Source: Octopus bimaculoides (Eukaryota). From it: a DNA stretch of 61,984 nt. Positions 51,698 through 61,984 of the stretch are shown one piece after another (position 1 is the stretch's first letter; the number at the start of each line of letters is the position of its first letter). The stretch lies in NCBI RefSeq assembly GCF_001194135.2, contig NC_068990.1, positions 23,280,351 to 23,342,334 on the forward strand, in the 5' to 3' direction. The translations under genes were made by a program, and so were the position numbers. Under the pieces are notes generated by a model. It was not told where the DNA came from. It did not search any database and saw only the letters and a list, made by a program, of their open reading frames with translations.

Positions 51698-51711
51698 GTT
51701 ACCATGGCAAC
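51698..51711. promoter_or_regulatory. RFX X-box
   Basis: GTTACCATGGCAAC is a perfect match to the GTTRCCATGGYAAC consensus and lies in non-repetitive sequence. Confidence 0.55.
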
Positions 51712-52381
51712 GAAGAAAATATGTACTATCATAGCTTTTCTAAGTATTTATTTAAGACATCTGAATAAACTTTTTATCCAAACATTATTGATACCAAACT
51801 GAAATCTCTCAAGCGTTTGAAACACTTAACACCAATCACCAATATTGTAGCCGAACATGTAAAAAATATTCTTTCACACAAATTTTCTCAGGCAATGTAA
51901 TTGTATTATTATCTAGCTGAAGTGGCTCCAGTCTCAAAAATCTTTTCCTACAAACAACATTAGCTAAACGTACTTTTAAACGATCGCCTACTTAAAAGTA
52001 CTTCTGATATTCTTCTACACGGTAATGCCGGTTTTAATTTCCTAAAACGATGCAGTCAGTATTTTCTCATTAGCAACCGGAGTTCTCAGAAGGACCCAAG
52101 TTTATACAACATAACATGTAATAAAGTGACTTTTAGTTGGTTTCTCGTCTATATAGCTTAGCTGACTCTTAATACCTATGGTTTTCCTAACAACTTCCGT
52201 CTATTAGCTTTATTTCAGACAACAGATTTGTTTCTTACTGAATTTAGCATCCAATGTGACTCGAAAGACTGTTGAATTTCAAACTCATGGGAACTGAGTT
52301 CATACCTTGTTTAAGTCATTAATAGAATTTTTTTAAAAGAAACCCTTAATTTCCACACTATAAATATACATCAAGTTTTCC

Positions 52382-52485
52382 AGTGTAACACGGGGACTGC
52401 TTTAATGTAACCTGGAGACTGCTTTCGTATAACTGGAGAAGTGCTTTAGTGTAAATTGGGGAATTGCTTTTGTGTAACTGGTAGC
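52382..52485. repeat. Degenerate minisatellite, about 22-bp unit, about 4.5 copies
   Basis: Consensus approximately TGTAACTGGAGACTGCTTTAG. Confidence 0.7.
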
Positions 52486-54182
52486 ACGTAAGCAAGAGAG
52501 GCGTAGTTCGAGCTCCACAGGCAACTTAACATGATCCGAAGAAGTGGGCTGGCAGAATCGTTAAAAGGTCGGAAAAATACTTCGAAGTATGTGTTCTGGC
52601 TCTTTATATTCTGAGTTCAAATCCCACCGAGATCTACATTACCTTTCATCCTTTCGGGGTCCATAAAATAGCAGTCAAATATTGTGGGATCGATTTGCCT
52701 TCAATTTCCCCCGAAATTCCTGGCCTTGTGCCAAAATTTGAAAATTGTTTTTTAATTTGTGAGATAGGATCGTTTCTCAGTTTCTCTATAAAATGAGATT
52801 ACGGACACTTGAATCTGGAACATTCTCTATGAAGTACCGGGACCTATAGAAGGGTTAGGGTTAGATTGCATTTGATCATGAACACATCCACACACTAACA
52901 CATAACAATACTTTCCCCATCACAAGGATCTTTAGGACCAATGTCACCAGTTTTCCGAAGGGTTCAGTAGCTGATCAGATCAGTTCGTGATTTGTATCGC
53001 ACCTACAGATTCTAGCACTGTATCGGATGCCAGGTGTACCTAGTGTTGTAACACCAACCGTGGGTCTCTATAACAAGAACAAATACAAAAAACAAAGCGT
53101 CAGGTGTTGAAGTGGTCATAGAGCAACGTGAGATGAAGTGTTTTTGCTCAAGAACACAATGAATCAATCGGTTCAGGAATTGAAACCTTGATCTCGTGAC
53201 CGTAAGTGCAACACCCAAACGACTAGGCCATGTGTCATGTATGTATGTATGTATGTATGTATGTGTGTGTGTGTGTGTGTGTGTATGTAGATGCGAGCTT
53301 GTGTGAGTGAGACAAAGCGAGAGAGAGAGAAATTCTGGTGAAAATAAAAGAAAGAAAGAATGAAAAAAAAGGAAGAAAAAAGAAACGAGAAATAAACAGG
53401 ATCTCACAGCTGAGTAGACAATGATTTATGGTTGACTACGTTTTCTGCCTTGCTAGATAATCAGCACTTTGTTAATTTACTTAAGGACGCTTTAAATGAC
53501 CATAAAATAAAATGACACTTAAAATAATAAGCCAGAGAGAAAGACAAAATGTAAGAAAGAGAGAAAGACAGGGGGGGGGGAAAGAAAGATTATGTCTGTT
53601 TAATGATGCAAATAAATAATAAAAAAAAACAGAAAATCCTCACCGTGATGTCCTTACCAACATAAAAGAGACAGACATTTCCGATAACGAGATTTAAATG
53701 ATGAATGTTGCCTGTTTTCTGTAATTACCAAGATTGCATGTGAACTAAAGAGCTTGTCGACTTAACAGCTACTGCATCGGCTATAAATAATTATTGAAAC
53801 ACTATCTGTGTTTGTAATAAGACGGTTTATTGAGAGAAACAGAGAAGAGAGAGAGACAGACAGACAGAGTAACCAATACGCGATCGTATTTAGTTCTGTC
53901 ATTATACATTCTGAGCATCCGGAGTTGACATTGATCCTTTTTTATTCAGTCGTCCAGGATCGATAAAGCAGTACCAGTGATGTGCAGAGATCGATTCAAA
54001 TGAGGTCTATTTTTCCCGCCTACTGATTCGTTGCTACATAAGAAATCAATGTCTGAGAAGAGGTAAGAATGGAAAAGTACTGGTTTAAATGTTTTCCTGT
54101 GTATTTAATTTGGCCTCTCTAAAATTCCGAGTTCAAATATCGACTACAACAATTTGCGATGCTTTGTCTTTTCGCGCGCTAT

Positions 54183-54332
54183 CAGTCGTGAGCAAACTGC
54201 GGCCCGTGTAACTTTCTAAAGCGCACGTTTAAGGAAGAATTACCTTCAGTTTCTATTGTTAGCAGTGCGGCTAGCCTGATGATGAATCATGTCTCATGCG
54301 GCCCGCTTCTCCAAAGAAGTTGCCCATACCTG
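54183..54332. mobile_element. hAT-like MITE
   Basis: Ends CAGTCGTGAGCAAACT...AGTTGCCCATACCTG with internal GCGGCCC motifs typical of Charlie-type non-autonomous elements. Confidence 0.55.
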
Positions 54333-55947
54333 CTCTACGTGGTCTCTTCATCTGCTAGAAAGAACTAACACAACACTCTCAATTCAATCTCAACCGCCTG
54401 GAAGCAAAAATAAGTTAATAAATTAATTAAGAGGTGTGTGCTGGATAATGTAGTGTGTGTGTGTGAATCCCGTTACTTAGACATAGGATAAAAGATGGGG
54501 TCGCAAAGGTTGGAATACCCTTGATCATAAGTCTACTTGATCATGGCTGACCTGCAATTAAATAACAACCACTACTGCAGTTATGATTTTTTTTTTTTTT
54601 TTTTAGAGCTCTTTAGAGTCAAAGGCAATGAATTGGCAGAGACGTTGGGGCACGGAACAGAATTTTTCGCAGTATTAGTTCCCACTCTACACTTTGAGTT
54701 CAAATCTTGCAGAGGTCAGCTTCGCTTTTCAACCTCTCAGGGTCAATAAAAAGATTAATCCTAAGCTGTAGACTGACAGAACTATAAGAACGCTGGACTG
54801 GGTATCTTGCGATATTTGTTCTGTTTCTTAGCATTTTGACTTCAGATCCCGCTATGGGTAGGTGACTTAACTTGTCGCCTGGTTCAAAATCACCAATGGA
54901 TGTCCCACGTGTAACAACGGTGTTTTGATAGCCTAGCTGTTCCTTGCAGAAACGTTACAAATAATTTGCTTAGATAGGTAGACTCTGGACATTACTACCT
55001 CGAGTATGGGTAACGTGTGTTATGAGAACTCATAAGATAGGTTTCCCAAGTCCATGACGTATATGCTGGCACTCCGTCGCTTACGATGATGTGGGATCCA
55101 GTTGATCCGATCGACGGAACAGCCTGCTCATGGCATTAACGTGAATTGGCAGATCACTCCACAGAAACACGTACCTTTAACGTAGTTCTCTGGAAGATTC
55201 GGCGTGACACAGAATGTGACAAAGATGGTCCTTTGAAATATAGATACTACTCATTTTTGCCCTCTGAGTGGACTGGAGCGACGTGAAATAAAATGTCTTG
55301 CTCAAGGACACAATACGCTGAGGGAAATCGAACTCTCGATTTAACGATCGTGAGCCTAAAACGCTCACCACTAAATCACGCGCCCTCAACGTGACGTATA
55401 TGTAACTGAGATTACAGCATTTCCCCCACGGACGAGACGCCAGTCCGTCGCAGTGTTGGTCATTTCCAGTTGAGTGAACTGGAGCAACAGAAATGAAGTG
55501 TTTTGCTCAAGAACACAACACACTTCCCGGTTCGGGATTCGAAAACTTTATCTTGCGATTGGGAGGGACAACACGCTAACAACTAAGCCACGCATGTTCA
55601 CTTTCTTTCTTAACTACAAGTTATTTTGTTGAAGAAGAAAAATATGATGGTAGTCTCTTGTTCCTTATTTCATAAATATTTCCTATACAAGCAGGTAGTC
55701 TCTTGTTCTTGTTGAACGACCTACACAAAGGATTTATTTAGATTGGTCAAATGTATGCACTGTACATTAACTCGCTCCCTCCATCAAATTGACGTTGCCT
55801 GAACAGGTGCAGAGAGTATCATGCATCGGGTGTAAAAGTGACCGCATCGTGGCGTAAGATGAAGTGTTTTGCTTGAGAACACAACTCACCAACCGGTCCA
55901 GGTATTGAAACCACGACCTTGCGATCGTGAGCGCAACGCCCTATCAC

Positions 55948-56185
55948 CTGGGTTCATCCCATAAATAATGCGGATTTTTCAATTGCATGAACTAAAATTC
56001 GGAGGAGGACGGGATAAACCATTTGCATCAACTTTCTATAAAAGCAGGTAGTAATTATAACTTGCTCTTGATCTTAGAGCAAGTTTTGAAGAGTGCAGTT
56101 CGATTTTAATAGTTATTTCTCTAAAGCTATAACGAAAATGGCAAAGTTGCATATTCGGCATATTTTGCTTTATGAGTTTAATAAA
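55948..56185 (+). mobile_element. Mariner 5' end: TIR plus transposase N-terminus, truncated
   Basis: The TIR-like CTGGGTTCATCCCATAAATAATGCGGATTTTT is followed by an ATG at 56138 giving MAKLHIRHILLYEFNK (mariner first-HTH motif), then truncation. Confidence 0.72.
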
Positions 56186-56238
56186 TTAATTTTATCTTAA
56201 TTTTGGAGAATAAAAGAAGTAAAAAAAAAAACGCAGAG

Positions 56239-57971
56239 TAATGTTGACATTATTACCCGGAAAGGAAATCGAAAAGAATAGTGCAAGAGGTGTAAAAACA
56301 GGTGTAGAAAATGAATCTGAAAACAAAAGTGTGCGGAGAGCAATGGGTGGGGGGAAGCATTCGGAAAAATCACAAGATCCGGTGTTTTTCCTTCATAACG
56401 TTTAAGAAAATGGGTTTCTTTTAATGAAATTTTATATAAATACTTTTCAAACGGTATAGATTACGATTATAAAGAAATTTGTGAGGAAAATCTTTTCCGA
56501 GAGGGTGGGGCGAGGACTTCGTAAAATTCACAAGATTCACAAGATCCGAGTTTTCCCCTCATAACTTTGAGGAAAATATAATNNNNNNNNNNNNNNNNNN
56601 NNNNNNNNNNNNNNNNNNNNNNNNNNNNNNNNNNNNNNNNNNNNNNNNNNNNNNNNNNNNNNNNNNNNNNNNNNNNNNNNNNNNNNNNNNNNNNNNNNNN
56701 NNNNNNNNNNNNNNNNNNNNNNNNNNNNNNNNNNNNNNNNNNNNNNNNNNNNNNNNNNNNNNNNNNNNNNNNNNNNNNNNNNNNNNNNNNNNNNNNNNNN
56801 NNNNNNNNNNNNNNNNNNNNNNNNNNNNNNNNNNNNNNNNNNNNNNNNNNNNNNNNNNNNNNNNNNNNNNNNNNNNNNNNNNNNNNNNNNNNNNNNNNNN
56901 NNNNNNNNNNNNNNNNNNNNNNNNNNNNNNNNNNNNNNNNNNNNNNNNNNNNNNNNNNNNNNNNNNNNNNNNNNNNNNNNNNNNNNNNNNNNNNNNNNNN
57001 NNNNNNNNNNNNNNNNNNNNNNNNNNNNNNNNNNNNNNNNNNNNNNNNNNNNNNNNNNNNNNNNNNNNNNNNNNNNNNNNNNNNNNNNNNTTTATTGAGT
57101 GAAAACACCTAAAGCTCCACGAGGCTCCGGCAGGGGATGGTGGCGAACCCTGCTGTACTCTTGCACCACAACTTTCTCTCACTCTTTCTTCCTGTTTATG
57201 TTGTGCCTGTAATTCAAAGGGTCAGTCTTGTCACACTGTGTCACGCTGAATATCCCCGAGAACTACGTTAAGGGTAGACGTGTCTGTGGAGTGCTCAGCC
57301 ACTTGCACGTTAATTTCACGAGCAGGCTGTTCCGTTGATCGAATCAACTGGAACCCTCGTCGTCGTAAGCGACGGAGTGCCAACAACAACAATACTTCGT
57401 TTCACAAACACTAACGTGGTTTTTGTAAGGGTTTTGTATCATTCTTTCTCTCTTCTGTCCAGACTTCGTTACCACTAATTTTTATAAAGGTGCAATTTTA
57501 TAAAATTTTAAATAAAGAAACAACCCCCGTTTTCCGGACAAAAGTGTGTGTTGTGGCATATGATGTCACTGTAATTCATTCATTGAAAAAAAAGAAAAAC
57601 ATTTTCCAATAATTCCGGTTTCCCCACACACACACACACATACACTCACATACACATCTTTTTTCGAAGAAAAATAAGGGGTTTGCAGCACATTAGGTAT
57701 CCGTAATATATGCCGTTTAAAATGTAATTGTAATCCAAACCGTTTGAAAGGTATTTATATAAAATTCCATTTAAAAAAAACCATTTTCCTAAATGTTATG
57801 AGGGAAAAACATCGGATCCTGTGACTTTTCCGAAGGCCTCTCCTCACCCCCACCCCCATTGCTCTCCGCACATGTTTTGCTTTCAGATTCGTTTTCTACA
57901 CCTTTTTTTAACACCCGTTGCACTATTTTTTTTTGTTTCTATTTCGTTTCCGAGTAATAATGTCAACATTA
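56239..57971. repeat. Long inverted repeat pair (56239-56470 / 57724-57971), about 240 bp, roughly 80 percent identical by eye
   Basis: The reverse complement of 57724-57971 aligns with 56239-56470 (TAATGTTGACATTATTAC...GTGCGGAGAGCAATGGG...TTCAAACGGT). Confidence 0.75.
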
Positions 57972-58580
57972 ACCAAAACGCATTATTCATGAGATGACCT
58001 AATATATTAAACAACCCAGCAAAGTGATTTTAAAAGAGTCACTCCTAGCGTATCGGGAAGTTACAGATGAAAGCGTAAATAAGTTTCAGATTAAAGTTCA
58101 CTGCTTGACATATTCCTAGTCATGTTTCTTCTAAACTACGGAGTCACAGTTGCACCTAAATGTCAACGAAGAATTCCGATAATTGTTTGAATGTTTTAGC
58201 AGTAAATCAAAATTATATCATCACAAGTGAACTTGTTTACATCGTATCTTATAAGATGCTGCAGTTTGCTATATCCATGAGAGAAACGAGTGCTTTTTGT
58301 AAGACTAACGCTGAATAACCAAGCGCCAGCCTTGAGGATACCTATGATCAAATGAAACCCAGTCGTGACCGTCCACATCTTTTGTACCTTTTGTATCAAT
58401 GATTATATTATCTGTGTCGTTGCGTTTTGAAGACAAAATGATGCGACCGGTAAGAGATTTCGCTACCATTCTGGCAGCTTAATTGGTAGTGTATCAATTC
58501 CCTTGTTGGTTCTACTGTTCTGAGTGAACATTCTGGTTAATTATGTTTTGATTGTTTAACTACAAATTAGCTCTCATGGA

Positions 58581-58968
58581 TGGTTGGCACTCCGTCGGTT
58601 ACGACGACGAGGGTTCCAGTTGATCCGATCAACGGAACAGCCTGATCGTGAAATTAACGTGCAAGTGGCTGAGCACTCCACAGACACGTGTACCCTTAGC
58701 GTAGTTCTCGGGGGATATTCAGTGTGACACAGAGTGTGACAAGGCTGACCCTTTGAATTACAGGCACAACAGAAACAGGAAGAAAGAGTGAGAGAAAGTT
58801 GTGGTGGAAGAGTACAGCGGGGTTCGCCACCATCCCCTGCTGGATCCTCTTGGAGCTTTAGGTGTTTTCGCTCAATAAACACTCACAACGCCCGATCTGG
58901 GAATCGAAACCGCGATCCTACGACCGCGAGTCCGCTGCCCTAACCCCTGGGTCATTGCGCCTCCACAA
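58581..58968 (-). mobile_element. SINE family C, full length with 10-bp TSD
   Basis: TSD CTCTCATGGA at 58571-58580 and 58969-58978. Other copies lie at 1658-1856, 57091-57392 and 55065-55235. Confidence 0.9.
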
Positions 58969-59774
58969 CTCTCATGGAATAACACTATGAATAAAATCGT
59001 TCCAGTTGTGACCATCTCTTTTTTTATTATATAATCCATCTGGGACAACATAATTTAATGCTGTTTTCCTCTTTTAAGAGAGTAGTGTTTTGTCTGAATG
59101 AGCTTTAGATGTTATTTCTTTTGGGCGGAGCGATAATACAGAATCTCACCACTTAAGGTACTGAGTTGAAGATGTTGTTTAGCTCCGGATCAACTCTCAC
59201 TGAGCAGATCTATAATCAATGATGTTCCAGTTGTGGCCATCCCATGAGGAGAGCTATGGGTTCCATCACTGAAACTGCAGAGAAGACCACTAGGTGAGTT
59301 TGGATATAGAGAAGGCAGAGCAGTGGTTTGCTGCTATCAAGATGCATGCTGGGACTTTACCAACCCCAGCTGAGTCAACTGGACTCGAATGGGGAGTTCT
59401 GATGTTGAAAGACTCGTAACGCCACAGAAACATCACCAACGATGCATCCTAGAGTACCCGCAAGATGCATCTTTAAAACCTTAAAACAACTGTACCGATT
59501 TTATTAAGACGGCTGGGTATGATTTAGATCAGGGATACTCAGCCATATTTTGCTCGTCGACCCCTTTGATTCCTATTTACTCAACTGGACCCTCATAGCA
59601 ATTCAATGTTTAAAAATTCATATACAGTAATACTTCACTTTACGAGGACCTGCTTTGAGTTTTCGCTTTACAAGCGTCTTTCGGGATTGAATTAACTCGT
59701 ATATCAGAGCATTACAGTATTTGTATTTTTAAAATATTGTTCAGGATTGTATTACAGAATTGTTAAAATATTTG

Positions 59775-60490
59775 AGGATTTATTTTAAAACGGGGGCACC
59801 AGTTTTCATTTATGTTTTATGTAGTGTTTTTGGTACGGAAAGACTTTCAAACTTCGTATACTTATCTATTTTGTGTTATAGAACAGAAAAATATTTTTGT
59901 ATTCGAATTTATTTCATGTAAAAAATTGTCTTATTTCGATAATTTCTACTAATCACTGACGTCTATTCGGNNNNNNNNNNNNNNNNNNNNNNNNNNNNNN
60001 NNNNNNNNNNNNNNNNNNNNNNNNNNNNNNNNNNNNNNNNNNTGTTAACCGTAACCGTAACCCTAACCCTAAAACTAACCCTAACTCTAGAATCCGAACT
60101 CTAAAATTGTTATACACATAGATACGCACATCGTAATTTATTATATAAACAATATATGCGTATAAATTACGATTAAACCGGATGAAATATGTCACAGGGA
60201 ATAACATTTTTATGACCGCCCAGCAGTAACTCTATTGAGCTGAACAGACGTCAGTGATTGGTTGAAATTACAGAAATACGACAACTTTAGCATGGAATAA
60301 CTTGCGAATTCCTTTTTTTTTTTTGTTAAGAAGACTAAGAGTAAAAGATGTTTTATATGACACATTCTACCAGTGTCCCAAGTTTCAAGGTGTTTCGTTA
60401 GTGTTTCGTTAAGAAAATACTGTCGCCCCAGTTTTAAAATAGATCCATATTTTGTGTGTTGTAGAAACATAAGAAATTTATTGCTCATAT
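59775..60490. mobile_element. Bipartite non-autonomous element, copy 2 (opposite orientation, different interior, TAACCC-like core)
   Basis: 59780-59970 matches the reverse complement of 50900-51085, and 60245-60450 matches the reverse complement of 50510-50710. Degenerate TAACCG/TAACCC repeats lie at 60045-60086. Confidence 0.65.
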
Positions 60491-61014
60491 CAAAAAAAAA
60501 ATCTTATATTGACCCTTAAAGGTCATATGAACTCTTGGTTGAGAACCACTGATTCAGAGAAACATGGCTGCCGTTCCTTCATGCCTAGTCACCGTGTAGA
60601 AATAACAGTCACACGCTGTCGTCTGTGAAAGGCAAAAGATAGATAAGGAAGGGCACTGAATACACTTTGGCTAAATAACTGATGGTATTGTTGTGACTGG
60701 AACCGCCATAACTGATTTGCTCAATCAAGCCTAATCTTAGGTGTACAACAACAACACCAACAACATAGATCTTAAGTATGTCTGGAGCTTGTTCACGGCA
60801 GTTAGATGAATGCAATCTTGTAGAATTATCTGCTCTAAACAAGGATGCAATAAAACACTTCGAATGGAAACGAACCCATAAACTATGACATCGCATTTTC
60901 AGATCTTATTCATTCAACCATTTCTTTTGATAGCGTTATAGGAACATCCTAAAATCCTGATTTCTCTCGCTCTCTCTCTCTCTCTATTTATCTATCTATC
61001 GATCTCTCTTTCTC

Positions 61015-61045
61015 TTGCTCAATCTCTCTCTCTCTCACTCACTCA

Positions 61046-61080
<35 letters not shown>

Positions 61081-61216
61081 CTATTTTTGCGTCACTGTTC
61101 ACCTTTCTCTCTTTCCCTCTCTCTCTCTTTCTGTTTCTCCTCAATGCATTTATTTCCTATCTCTCTTTATCTCTCTCCCTTTCTCTCTCTCTCTCTCTCT
61201 CTCTCTCATACACACG

Positions 61217-61248
<32 letters not shown>

Positions 61249-61720
61249 TGCATGCACATACACATACACTGACTTACTGTCTGTTTATATTCTCTATTCC
61301 TCTCTTTCTTCTCCGCACCTTTCTCTCCCTTTCTGTTTTTCTGTCTTTATGCACTTATCTGCATATCACTCTCACACTTTCTCCCTCTCCTCTCTCCCTC
61401 TCCTCTCTCCCTCTCCTCTCTCCCTCTCCTCTCTCCCTTTCCTCTCTCCCTCTCCTCTCTCCCTCTCCTCTCTCCCTCTCCTCTCTCCCTCTCTCTCCTC
61501 CTTCCACTCTCTATCCCTCCATTTCACCCCCTCTCTCCCCCTCACACTCTAATACATTAACCTTCGCCTCACTGCTTATATTTCTCTCTCTCCTTCTCTT
61601 TCTCTCTCTCTCTCTCTCTTTCCCTCTCCCTTTCTCTCTCTTCCTCTCTCTCCTCCCCCTCTCTCTCTGCTCCATGATATTTCTCTCTTTGTCTTTCTTT
61701 CTGTCGGTCTACGCTTGACA
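61015..61720. repeat. Long CT-rich polypyrimidine/polypurine tract with (CA)n
   Basis: (CT)n runs and repeated CTCTCCCTCTCCTCT units. Confidence 0.9.
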
Positions 61721-61984
61721 TAGCATAACAACTAAAAATGCATATAACGTCAATCTCCATCTTAAATTCGAACTCTAAATTGGTTAAACCCAGCCTAAAA
61801 ACCTACATGAACAATTGTGTAACAACCTTCCAGTCACCAACCAACACATTTGTTGTTGTTAGAACTCCGTCGCTTGGTCGGTAGGCAAGCTACTTACCAT
61901 GAAGCCACTCCAACGCCTGCTGATAATAAACTCTTATTATCTTCAATATCTCCATTTTCTTATTTTTCATATGTATATATATAT

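Noticed and set aside
52382-52485. CRISPR-like array
   Set aside because: Eukaryotic context, units directly adjacent with no unique spacers, and no cas genes.

Overview
AT-rich, repeat-dense eukaryotic genomic scaffold with about a dozen N-gaps. The SINE families, microsatellite load and transposon relics look like a coleoid cephalopod, most likely Octopus (inferred from pattern recognition, not a database hit). The only convincing intact protein-coding gene is a solitary, intronless linker histone H1 variant on the minus strand (39850-40524). It has its own TATA/Inr-like promoter, no histone stem-loop and an unusually Ala-poor tail. The rest is mostly mobile DNA: at least four tRNA-derived SINE families (one with a recurrent dimeric form), plus relics of Dong/R4, RTE, Tx1-like, Penelope, mariner, hAT and Academ elements. 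The most interesting structure is a Penelope 3' end (19401-19925) whose terminal repeat carries a tRNA-like Pol III head followed, with no T4 terminator in between, by a minimal type-I hammerhead ribozyme. Other notable items are two long near-perfect hairpins (5745-5966, 10737-10882), a fold-back duplication inside the Academ relic, a Tx1-like ORF1 inserted into a SINE head, a bipartite element with a palindromic telomere-type core, a perfect RFX X-box and an old local duplication. There is no CRISPR array, rRNA gene or intact tRNA gene. Most ORFs in the supplied track are artefacts of microsatellites, SINEs or N-gaps.
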